Below, piece after piece: positions 1 through 10,319 of a stretch of 64,000 bases of DNA (the first letter of the stretch is position 1; every line of letters begins with the position of its first letter). This stretch comes from Eledone cirrhosa (lineage: Eukaryota), in NCBI GenBank assembly GCA_964016885.1, contig OZ024742.1, forward strand, positions 279,496,001-279,560,000, read 5' to 3'. The notes beneath the pieces were generated by a model. That model did not search any database and had not been told where the DNA came from. It saw nothing but the letters and a program-made list of their open reading frames with translations. The translations under genes and the position numbers were made by a program.

Positions 1-785
1 TGAGGAGGTATAGGCCGACCAAATCAGTGACCTGCGCCGAGTCACTAGATCCCATGGTTATGTCGAAGTTGTTGTGCGTATCCTTGCGTGTCCATAGTTG
101 GTCCTCGAAGGTGATTATGGTTTTACGGGCCGCAAGGATGACTTCAACCTGGGCTCTAGTCAGGTCGCTATTGGTCATGGCCATGATAAGTGCCTTATTT
201 AATAGGATAGGGGAAATAGAGGTGTAGTATGAATTGATATCAAATTGAATAAATTTTTTGTTCTTATTATTCTTGATATCCTTGAACCATTCAATTACTT
301 CACCTGTATTTCCCCATTGTTTAAGGTGTATCTTATGTTTAATTTGTGGGATGATTTTATCCAAAATCTTCTTGCTGATAATACCAATGTCGGACTTGGA
401 AGGGCAGATAAGTCTTATCGTGGGGTTGCTGATGAAGTTCTCCTTATGGTCCTTCAGAGAGAATCTAGGGGGGTTCGGAGTGAAAGGTTGTGTATGCCTT
501 TGTAGTCCTAGTTTAGACACTATATTATAACCCTCTACATTAATATCTTCTAAGTTTTTCAAGGTGGTTTTTTTGTAGCTTTTATGTAGTTCATTATATA
601 TAAACTTTCTATAAGTAATATAATCTAGGCTGTATATGTTATTAGTTTTATCTGCGTGTACAATAATTTTATTACTAGTTTTGAATCCACTAATAGAAGT
701 GTTAAGTTTGTTTAAGAAGGTGTTGCTTCTAATATGGTGCTTATTGTATTTAATGTTCTTAACTAGTTTAACTAGGTCATTTTCA
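1..785 (-). mobile_element. Inverted, 5'-truncated copy of the adjacent Penelope-like element (continues off the left edge)
   Basis: 1-785 is the reverse complement of 1083-1867. Mirrored ORFs in the track (245..505+ vs 1363..1623-; 258..530+ vs 1338..1610-) translate identically apart from start-codon calls. Confidence 0.95.
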
Positions 786-849
786 TAAATAGTATAACTA
801 ATACTATTAACTGCTCCATATCGTTGAGCTGACATATAATATTGCCAAT

Positions 850-3309
850 ATGCTAATCAAAGACCAACTCCCCATGTCAACCAAGAACATACCAATACCA
901 TCCAGGAATACATATGAGAAATTGCTGATCAACAGTGTAAATTCATTTATCAATAGAGTGAGATGGAGGACATTCCATTATGATAGAAACAAATCTAACA
1001 ACTTGAATAATACTAACAATTTTGACTCCTTCGGCTTTAAAACCTTTAAAAGCCCCCCTCATAACACTCTACTTAACTCCTTTGAAAATGACCTAGTTAA
1101 ACTAGTTAAGAACATTAAATACAATAAGCACCATATTAGAAGCAACACCTTCTTAAACAAACTTAACACTTCTATTAGTGGATTCAAAACTAGTAATAAA
1201 ATTATTGTACACGCAGATAAAACTAATAACATATACAGCCTAGATTATATTACTTATAGAAAGTTTATATATAATGAACTACATAAAAGCTACAAAAAAA
1301 CCACCTTGAAAAACTTAGAAGATATTAATGTAGAGGGTTATAATATAGTGTCTAAACTAGGACTACAAAGGCATACACAACCTTTCACTCCGAACCCCCC
1401 TAGATTCTCTCTGAAGGACCATAAGGAGAACTTCATCAGCAACCCCACGATAAGACTTATCTGCCCTTCCAAGTCCGACATTGGTATTATCAGCAAGAAG
1501 ATTTTGGATAAAATCATCCCACAAATTAAACATAAGATACACCTTAAACAATGGGGAAATACAGGTGAAGTAATTGAATGGTTCAAGGATATCAAGAATA
1601 ATAAGAACAAAAAATTTATTCAATTTGATATCAATTCATACTACACCTCTATTTCCCCTATCCTATTAAATAAGGCACTTATCATGGCCATGACCAATAG
1701 CGACCTGACTAGAGCCCAGGTTGAAGTCATCCTTGCGGCCCGTAAAACCATAATCACCTTCGAGGACCAACTATGGACACGCAAGGATACGCACAACAAC
1801 TTCGACATAACCATGGGATCTAGTGACTCGGCGCAGGTCACTGATTTGGTCGGCCTATACCTCCTCAATGAAATCCATAAAGACCTCCCTTACCTCAACG
1901 GTGGTTTGTACCGCGATGATGCACTTCTACTCATAGAATATAAAAAATTTAATATAGAAAGAACTAGAAAACAACTGCATAAGACATTCAAAAACTTTAA
2001 CCTTAGTATCACCATGGACAAAAACACTAAAAATGTTAACTTCCTAGACGCCACACTATACCTAGACTCAAAAATATATACACCTTTCCATAAGCCTAAT
2101 GAGAAACTTATTTACGTAGATACCAAGTCTAATCACCCTAGATCGATATTAAACTCTATCTCTAAGGGGGTGTCCAATAGAATCTCTAGTCTGTCCTATG
2201 ACGCAAACATATTTAGCAAAAACTCACAATATTACAATCAAGCATTAGCTAGCTCCGGCCATAATATAGAAATTGAGTTCCTACCTAAGAAAACACATAG
2301 CTACAACATCATCTCGCACAACATGTCCATGAGGAAATCTAATAATAGGAATAGCAACCACAAGTACACCAAAGCGGAGGGTGCCACCGGAAGTAACCAT
2401 TACCATGGAAACTACTGTGAGGCCTTAGGAGGAAGCAACACACCAAACACTAAAAGCAAAAATAGAAGAAGAAATAATACATTTTTCAACCCTCCTTTCA
2501 ACCTAAATGTCTCCACCAACATACCTAGGGCTTTCTTCTCACTACTAGATAAAAACTTCCCTCTAGGACACAAGTACCACAACCTCTTAAACAAAAACAC
2601 CATTAAAATCTCATACTCTACGACGCCTAACTTAGCATACCACATAGCTAGCAGCAATAATAGTAAAATTAGTTCTTACTTCCAACAAACAAAATCACAA
2701 CGGGATGCAAACCCTCTAAATACCACTGTAGCAAGCAACAATAGCAACGGCAGTAACAATAGAAATAACACTAGTATAAGTAATAACACCAGGGTTGTCA
2801 ACCCGAACACCCAAAATCCTATATCCACCACACAGACTTCCGCATTGCATTATAACCAGCGGACTAACGCACAGAATAATTGTAACTGTAGAGCTAATAG
2901 AACCTGCCCTTTAGATAAAAAATGCCTAACCAAGGATGTCATATACTCATGCACAGTCACGACTAATAACTCTTCAGAAACCTATGTAGGCTCCACTTCT
3001 AACTGCTTCAAAATCAGATATAACTCGCACATCCACTCGTTCAAAAAGCACAGCCTAGCCAACTCCACCTCACTTTCTAGCTACATACACTATCTAAAAT
3101 CTAAAAATAAACCATACACACTCAAATGGGAAGTGATAGGCAGCGCGACCTCGTACAAACCACCTAATAAATTCTGTAACCTCTGTATACTAGAGACACA
3201 CAATATCATCTTCTCCAACCGTAACCTACTTAACAAAAAATCTGAGGTGTTTGCAACTTGCCAGCACCGCCTCAGACATTCCTTCCAAAACTTTAAGCCC
3301 TATATATAG
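850..3309 (+). CDS. PLE reverse transcriptase + GIY-YIG endonuclease (819 aa, intact)
   Basis: RT motifs RLICPSKSDIG, FDINSYYTSI, MGSSDSAQVTDLVG, GLYRDDAL, VNFLDATL. CNC-x5-CPL-x3-C linker. GIY-YIG VIY...YVGST...FKIRY...H. C-terminal CNLCILE and LLN...CQH. Confidence 0.93.
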   Translation: MLIKDQLPMSTKNIPIPSRNTYEKLLINSVNSFINRVRWRTFHYDRNKSNNLNNTNNFDSFGFKTFKSPPHNTLLNSFENDLVKLVKNIKYNKHHIRSNTFLNKLNTSISGFKTSNKIIVHADKTNNIYSLDYITYRKFIYNELHKSYKKTTLKNLEDINVEGYNIVSKLGLQRHTQPFTPNPPRFSLKDHKENFISNPTIRLICPSKSDIGIISKKILDKIIPQIKHKIHLKQWGNTGEVIEWFKDIKNNKNKKFIQFDINSYYTSISPILLNKALIMAMTNSDLTRAQVEVILAARKTIITFEDQLWTRKDTHNNFDITMGSSDSAQVTDLVGLYLLNEIHKDLPYLNGGLYRDDALLLIEYKKFNIERTRKQLHKTFKNFNLSITMDKNTKNVNFLDATLYLDSKIYTPFHKPNEKLIYVDTKSNHPRSILNSISKGVSNRISSLSYDANIFSKNSQYYNQALASSGHNIEIEFLPKKTHSYNIISHNMSMRKSNNRNSNHKYTKAEGATGSNHYHGNYCEALGGSNTPNTKSKNRRRNNTFFNPPFNLNVSTNIPRAFFSLLDKNFPLGHKYHNLLNKNTIKISYSTTPNLAYHIASSNNSKISSYFQQTKSQRDANPLNTTVASNNSNGSNNRNNTSISNNTRVVNPNTQNPISTTQTSALHYNQRTNAQNNCNCRANRTCPLDKKCLTKDVIYSCTVTTNNSSETYVGSTSNCFKIRYNSHIHSFKKHSLANSTSLSSYIHYLKSKNKPYTLKWEVIGSATSYKPPNKFCNLCILETHNIIFSNRNLLNKKSEVFATCQHRLRHSFQNFKPYI

Positions 3310-4752
3310 CAATGTCGGACTGGAACCTAACACCACATCTAGCATCAAACACCAGAGACACACCCTATACTACATACCCAACACTAGCTGATCCATTATA
3401 ACACAAACAACGACATCCCTCTGGAACCCTTCGCAGGGAATATACCCATTTATACCTCTACGGCAGGTGTGACAACATCCACCCACTTGGACGGCACTAC
3501 ACCGCTCTAAGGGTAATTTGAGCATGAATTGATCGGTTGGATGGTGTTGGGCAGAGGAAACACCTTCCTTAGACAGATGTAAAATGATTTAATCGAGTAG
3601 CGCTGTTGACCAGTAGGACCGGGCTGCTGAGCGCAGTGAGTGAATGCAATGCAACTGCCGTGCGGGTTGTACGTATATGGATGATCTGACGGTCAGAGAG
3701 GGGTCGCGAGGACTGCGGATTGACCTTTGGCCTGCCTGGGGACGATTATCTTTCGACATCCAATGTAGCAAGCGATGACCCAAATCTTACCAGAGATCAT
3801 TGGGTCCTGAAGCAATCCTGCAATCACCGCGCCTGGTCATATGAGCAGACTACAACCACAGAGATCATTAATTTAGAATCCTCGCTCATCATCTATAATT
3901 TCCATTTGTAGCACCTTAAGATGGGTTAATCCACCTTAATAATTATATGATCACCTTAAGCATAACTTAGTTAAACTACTCTATAGTTAGTACACTTTAT
4001 GCTTTAAAAGTCTCTCTTGGAAGGTGCACTTCACCATAGAGTTTAGGGTCTATATTGGGACACATTTTAATGGCTAGATATAGAAACCCCAGAGTTACCT
4101 CCCCGCATGCATTAACTCCCCTTAGCCACACACACACTTCCGGTATTCAATGGCGTTTCTCGAAACGTAACAACCTCCTGTATCGAACTAAAGAACACCA
4201 GACTACGATCTCTAACTGGATTGTCGTGGATTATGTGAAAGGCATATAATCGAAATATACACTCCCTTGACCATGAAAATGCCGAAGTACATGAATTACT
4301 TGACATCCCTGCGCTGTGCATCTCCAATACTTATAACACTTTTAAGGCTTGCACTATCTTTAATGCTTATAATATTTCCCCACACACAGACTATATCAAT
4401 CACATAAAGACTTTGCCACCAGATCTACCAACCTAACACTCTTATTTACCTACCTAAGTGCCTCTACCACACATATCTCTCTGCCACACTATATAAACAA
4501 GACGCACATGCGTGCCACACATATAACATTTGCACTATATAACCACTTATCTTCATGTTGTACTTTAACCTATATCTTTGATTTTTGATTGTACCTATTA
4601 ATATAAATGTAATCTCGAAGTGTGTACTGCCACTCTAAATTCTGTAATGAATGTTGACCCACAATGTTTGAATATGTATCAATGTTTGAATATGTAATGG
4701 TATGTCTCTCGGCTGAAAAGGAGGTCATATAACTGTCCATGCATTAATAAAT

Positions 4753-4799
4753 TGCTCCGAAGAATCCAAACCTCGGTTTGGAGGAAACAGCTGTAAGCA
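4753..4799 (+). ncRNA. Type I minimal hammerhead ribozyme motif (U4C core variant) in PLE 3' pLTR
   Basis: TGCT-CCGAAGA-a-TCCAAACC tc GGTTTGGA-g-GAAA-CAGCTG (palindromic stem III)-TA-AGCA. Confidence 0.7.
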
Positions 4800-4830
4800 C
4801 AATAATGTTTTGAACAGTTCTTTGATTCTT

Positions 4831-4890
<60 letters not shown>

Positions 4891-4973
4891 AGTTATTCCG
4901 GATTGAATCGGAGGTAACCACAGTAAGTAAGGTACTCAATAAATAGCAGAGTATACAAGTTTTAATATAGATG

Positions 4974-5024
4974 AGATTCTACAGGACTAGAACTGTTTCA
5001 TTCTTTAGAAATCATCAGGAATCT
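4974..5024 (-). ncRNA. Type I hammerhead ribozyme motif (left arm of foldback)
   Basis: Reverse complement reads AGATTC-CTGATGA-tTTCtaaaGAAt-GAAA-CAGttctagtcCTG-TA-GAATCT. Confidence 0.75.
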
Positions 5025-5843
5025 GACTTTCCAAAATAAATGTTGTGGTGTTTATATCTTTTCAGGTGGTAGGAGCGGGTGGGGAGTGTGATGGGTGGAG
5101 GTCATTAGTTGAAAAAAAGGGAATTCATTAAAAGCTAATTCTTTAAGGCTATAATTTATATTTAGAGTGACAAAGGCAGAAATAATTCTATGCACAAGTT
5201 CAGATTGGGGATCCACTCCTTATTTTTAAGTTTCTCTTAGGCTAACAATGCCTATATTTCAGGCGTCTATAAGATGGTTGGGGGTCGGCCATGGTTGATG
5301 GATTTAAAGTAAAGAGAAATTCTTTAAAAGATAATTCTTTAAAGCTCTACTTAGAGTAACAAAGGCCAAGAGAATTCTATAAACCAGTTCAAAATATTGG
5401 GTGCCTAAAATATCATTATTGTCATGTTTAGCTTCAGAGAAATATGACAATAATGATATGATAAGCACCCAATATTTTGAACTGGTTTATACAATTCTCT
5501 TGGCCTTTGTCACTCTAAGTAGCGCTTTAAATAATTAGCTTTTAAAGAATTTCCCTTTTCTTTAAATCCATCAACCATGATCGCCCCCAACGATCTTATA
5601 GACGCCTGACATATAGGCATTGTTAGCCTAAGAGATACTTAAAAATAAGGAGTGGATCCCCAATCTGAACTTGTTTATAGAATTATTTCTGCATTTGTCA
5701 CTCTAAATATAAATTATAGCCTTAAAGAATTAGCTTTTAATGAATTCCCTTTTTTTCAACTAATGACCTCCACCCATCACACTCCCCACCCGCTCCTACC
5801 ACCTGAAAAGATATAAACACCACAACATTTATTTTGGAAAGCC

Positions 5844-5894
5844 AGATTCCTGATGATTTCTAAAGAATGAAACAGTTCTAGTCCTGTAGAATCT
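5844..5894 (+). ncRNA. Type I hammerhead ribozyme motif (right arm of foldback)
   Basis: AGATTC-CTGATGA-tTTCtaaaGAAt-GAAA-CAGttctagtcCTG-TA-GAATCT; 6-bp stem I, GUA cleavage triplet. Confidence 0.75.
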
Positions 5895-6034
5895 CATCTA
5901 TATTAAAACTTGTATACTCTGCTATTTATCAACAAAGTTAATTTATAACAGATTTTAGAAGCACTCAACAGTTTTCTTCTAGAGTATAATATTAATAATA
6001 TTAATATATGGAACATATCCTTAAAGAACCATTT

Positions 6035-6095
6035 TGTTTTATTACACATATTTCAAGGATACCAGTATTTTGGTACGCTTTCTTCAGATAAAATA
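6035..6095 (-). ncRNA. Minimal type I hammerhead motif
   Basis: Reverse complement TATTTTAT-CTGAAGA-AAGcgTACCAaaatacTGGTAtcCTT-GAAA-tatgtg-TA-ATAAAACA. Confidence 0.6.
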
Positions 6096-6193
6096 TAATA
6101 TTTAGTTTAAAGATAATGACATATCGACATACGAACTTAATGTTAAGAGTTCAATGTATTGAACTCTTAACATTAATTTCATATTTAAACCAA

Positions 6194-6253
6194 TATTTTA
6201 TCTGACGAAAGAATACCAAAGTACTGGTACCTTGAAATATGTATAATAAAATA
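6194..6253 (+). ncRNA. Minimal type I hammerhead motif
   Basis: TATTTTAT-CTGACGA-AAGaaTACCAaagtacTGGTAcCTT-GAAA-tatgta-TA-ATAAAATA; perfect 8-bp stem I. Confidence 0.7.
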
Positions 6254-6333
6254 AATATGGTTCTATAAGGATATTTTCCAATTATTAATATTATTGATAC
6301 ACACAGACACATACACACACACACACACTTTAC

Positions 6334-6374
<41 letters not shown>

Positions 6375-6399
6375 GTGTGTGTGTGTAAAAGGTAAACAG

Positions 6400-6731
6400 A
6401 AATAACAACACATTCGGTACAGTATATGGATGGTATACATGCGGTTAACGCTTGATAAAGCAGGAAGAGGGTCTTAACGTTTCGGACGCTTGTCCTTCAT
6501 CAGAAGAAAGAATGTGAAATAAAATAGATTGAGGGGACGGCGGGGATGGAATTGGAAAAAATGTCTTTGATAAAAACAACAGGCCCATTCATGTTGACAT
6601 CTGTTGTAAAACTGTTGGTGCTGGCGTTTTGTGTATGATTTGATTTTTAGAAGAGTGAATGATGGAGCGCGTCTACCTGATATGAAAAAAAGCCGTTTTG
6701 TAAAAAGAGCTATATTTGAGCACGTGCGTAA

Positions 6732-6782
<51 letters not shown>

Positions 6783-7119
6783 TGTGTGTGTGTGTTATAT
6801 GTCCGTACGAAGCTAAGAAGAAATGTATCTTTATGTGTGAGTAAAAGTGTGTATGTGCATGTAAGTACGAAGATATGAGCAACAGTATGTTAAAATAAGG
6901 GTGTGTATCGGCATATATTAGTTGTAAGAGAAGCTGCTAACGATCAAGAGAAAGCGATAGGAATCTAGGGGTGTGATAATGGACGGGGTATTAGAGAAAT
7001 TCGGGAGGTGAGTTGTGTCCAAAACGGGAATAGGAGCCAAGACGGTGAATCAGATTTTGTTCAGTCCTGGTGCGCGAGGCCTGTGATCCATGATGTAAAA
7101 GGACACCCAGGACTGAAAC

Positions 7120-7120
<1 letters not shown>
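6400..7120 (-). mobile_element. 3' fragment of a Penelope/Poseidon-type PLE (GIY-YIG C-terminus + pLTR)
   Basis: Minus strand of about 6990-7119 translates VSVLGVLLHHGSQASRTRTEQNLIHRLGSYSRFGHN...*, like the PLE endonuclease end (R..EQ.LI.RLG...G.N). Minimal HHR downstream. Confidence 0.7.
6472..6507 (-). ncRNA. Minimal PLE-type hammerhead motif
   Basis: Reverse complement TCTT-CTGATGA-aGGACaagcGTCC-GAAACGTT-AAGA (palindromic AACGTT stem III). Confidence 0.7.
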
Positions 7121-7161
<41 letters not shown>

Positions 7162-7489
7162 TTTTCTTTCTCATCATCAGTCAATCTCTACAGATAGGTA
7201 GTTTTCAATGCGATAAGGTTGATACAATTGGATCTAGTACACAGAGGACAGTGGAAATGAGCAAAAGACAAGACGATTCTCTTTCGAGGATCCACAAATA
7301 AGAGAAATTATTCTACTAATCCATGTGCTGCAACCGGAAAGAAGTGATATCGATGAGGACCAACATATTGATTAGTCAAGAAGAAGAAGAAATAAAAGAG
7401 AGGCTGGAAGGGATGGAGATTATAAAAACGTTAATAAAAGTATTTTCCGTTTGTTTGGACGTTAAGTCCTGAAAGACGGACCTAAAGAG

Positions 7490-7720
<231 letters not shown>

Positions 7721-8039
7721 TGTGAAGAAAGACAGACGAACGTGGATGTGTAAAATAAAACGTGTCAATTTAAAAAAAAGAGAGTTCCGCCAGGCTCAAA
7801 GCATACAAAAGAATAAAAAATATATATAGGTGAAAACAGGAGATAAGAGTCACTTGTATCGATCTTAAAGTAATAAAAGGACATGTCTACTGATCGACTG
7901 ATAAGATGAGACTGTGCATTTGTTCATTTGTTTGTCTGCGCCTTTACATATAATTTTTATTCATGTCTATTATTTTAGCCAATATATAGATATATTTATA
8001 TATATAAATGAAAGGTATAGAAAATATTGTAGCAAATAA

Positions 8040-8228
<189 letters not shown>

Positions 8229-9210
8229 GTGATTGTGCCTGTATTTAAAGATATGTATACAATGCAAATAAATTGGATACCTTAAAGTCCTAGACACATA
8301 TCTATATAGAGACAGACTATAGAAGTGAAAGACTCACACGAATATAATATTCCTTATCTACGTTCATACAGGTAACAAAAGCGCTACCTAAGGTTTCATG
8401 ACCCAGTATTGTCCCCTTCAGAAAGTTGTGAGAGTGATCAAATATGGGACCTAATCTGGCATTTCGATGGATTTACATCGATATACCATGTCTTCTATCT
8501 CATCGCTTACAACATGCTCAATGGAAGATTCCAGATCACACCCGTATACTTTAAACTGTCATCTTATAACACTCTTAAATAGTAACCTTTGTGGTGAGCA
8601 ACGAAAAATCAATGATTCTACATTTCAATATAGCAAAAATTTAAGCCTTTCGAATCTAAATCTGCCGTATCCGGCGAGAATTTTTTTCTTTTCAAACCAG
8701 CTGTAACCGTCTACACATACAGGTATTGTTCTCAAAATAAATAATGTCAAAATCTCGTAGATTCGATATTTTGTGAGATAATTATGTGAGATAAAGTTCT
8801 TACAGTGAAAATACAATAGTAAATATAGAATTATTTAAATGCTAATGGGTTAAAATTATTCGCAATTTTTAATCATTTGAATAAAATCAGTATCTTCACT
8901 TTTAACATAGGAAAGCTCCTTGAATACTTACATACTTCGATCGACATTGTAAGGAACCGTTTAGGGATATTGAGGAAATTTGCTATCCATCGATTAATTT
9001 AAAACTAACAATCAAGAAAAACTTGACTATTAGCCTTCGTCAGCAAGCGAATTAATGAGAGAAATGCCCGAAATATCGACCTTACTGCTCGAATTTCAAG
9101 TCGACACTGGTATTCCACGTCTTAGAATTAATCTTTACAACTAATTAGTCAACCAACAGTAGCAGTGTCAGTTGCTTGGTCATGGTGGAAGCGTGCTTTA
9201 TATATATATA

Positions 9211-9260
<50 letters not shown>

Positions 9261-9279
9261 GGAAAAGTGTCAGGACCCC

Positions 9280-9385
9280 AGACGGAGCTCAGCCGTCGGG
9301 GTCCAGACTCTTTTCCTGTTACCCACTCTCCTACCCTAATTATCGAGTACTCTGGTGCGTTATGGTCCACCTGGTTCCTTACCAC
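9280..9385. repeat. Dispersed repeat, also present as a tandem dimer at 52765-52990
   Basis: Shared GAGCTC.GCCGTCGGG...CACTCT..TACCCTAA...GAGTAC.CTGGTGCGTTATGGTCCA.CTG. Confidence 0.75.
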
Positions 9386-9645
9386 ACATTCTTTGTTATA
9401 TATATATATATATATTATTTGCTCTTCGGTTCTTATATATTTGATATATATTTTCCTTATCGAGCCCTCTTTGGATTTTAGTCTTCAATTTTTTTAATTA
9501 TTACTATATATATACCATTAGTACACATTAAAGTTTAAGGAAATAATTTCTGCTTCCACTCCATTACGGAATCTTCTGAATAGGTTTTAAACATTTCCGT
9601 AATAGGCTGAAAGCCACATTTATTTGCTTATACTTTAATATGTTT

Positions 9646-10030
9646 TAATAATTGTTTCTACTTTTGGCATAAGGCCAGCAATTATCCCAGTACATTACTG
9701 GTACTTTATTTTATCGACCACGTATGGCTGAAAGGCAAAGTTATCCTAATAATTGTTTCCACTTTAGGCACAAGGCCAGCAATTAACCAGTACATTACTG
9801 GTACTTTATTTTATCGACCACGTAAGGCTGAAAGGCAAAGTTATCCTAATAATTGTTTCTACTTTAGGCACAAGGCCAGCAATTAACCAGTACATTACTG
9901 GTACTTTATTTTATCGATCCCGTAAAGATGAAAGACAAAGTTAACCTCGGCGCGATTTGAACTCAGACCGCAAAGGGACGTAACTATGCTGGAAAGCATA
10001 GCGTCCGACCCTATACCGATACTGCCAATT
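9646..10030 (-). mobile_element. tRNA-derived SINE (octopus-type, Nin/Deu-like core) with its 3' about 100 bp triplicated in tandem
   Basis: Reverse complement has a TGGCAGTATCGG A-box-like motif, a GAGTTCAAATC B-box and the core CTTTCATC....GGG.TCGATAAAATAAAGTACCAG. Units start at about 9646, 9747 and 9847. Confidence 0.8.
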
Positions 10031-10151
10031 AAATATACTTTTTCTATTATATATATACAATCCTTATCGATCCATCTTCGGATTTTGGATATATATATAT
10101 ATATTAGAAATATAAGCTATCATCGTACTTTGACTAAAGTACTTTTAGCCT

Positions 10152-10319
10152 GATAGTGGGGTTTAGAACCCTCAGAGAAATGGAAAAAGATGAGTATTGG
10201 GCGATGTGTTGGTGTAATGGTAGCACAGTGGTCTGGATAACCAAAGATGTGGGTTTGACTCCCATGTACGTCAATACTAACCTTTTTCCATTTCTCTGAG
10301 GATTCTAAACCCCACTATC
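10152..10319 (+). other. tRNA-like sequence (about 10200-10272) enclosed in a long inverted repeat
   Basis: 38-bp arms with one mismatch (10152-10189 / 10282-10319), extended by AGTATTG/CAATACT. Inside: A-box TGGTGTAATGG, D-arm GTG..CAC, stem TGGT/ACCA, T-arm GTGGG-TTTGACT-CCCAT. Confidence 0.7.

Larger units (their letters stand above)
786..4838 (+). mobile_element. Penelope-like retroelement with C-terminal GIY-YIG (probably Hydra-clade-like), long 3' UTR/pLTR, ending at (TA)n
   Basis: Intact single ORF, about 1.5 kb 3' region, HHR motif at 4753-4799, abuts a (TA)n tract at about 4839. Confidence 0.85.
4939..5929. mobile_element. About 1 kb foldback (inverted pLTR-like arms of about 487 bp), PLE-derived non-autonomous element
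   Basis: 4939-5425 is the near-identical reverse complement of 5444-5929 with scattered mismatches; loop about 5426-5443; an HHR in each arm. Confidence 0.85.
5984..6300. mobile_element. About 320 bp imperfect palindrome with an HHR in each arm (second PLE-derived family)
   Basis: Centre TTAATGTTAAGAGTTCAAT-gt-ATTGAACTCTTAACATTAA (about 6137-6176). Arms are related to 10890-11100 and 62661-62995. Confidence 0.75.

Noticed and set aside
3770-3812. SECIS-like ATGA...TGA hairpin in the PLE 3' UTR (some PLEs encode selenoproteins)
   Set aside because: The GA quartet does not flank the helix, there is no apical AA at the right spacing, and the 819-aa ORF has no in-frame TGA.
8700-8852. piggyBac-like end (GGGTTAA), also at about 53461-53467
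   Set aside because: No matching opposite terminus or transposase found.
10200-10272. Functional tRNA gene
   Set aside because: Imperfect acceptor and anticodon stems, mutated T-loop, and embedded in a repeat; treated as tRNA-derived.
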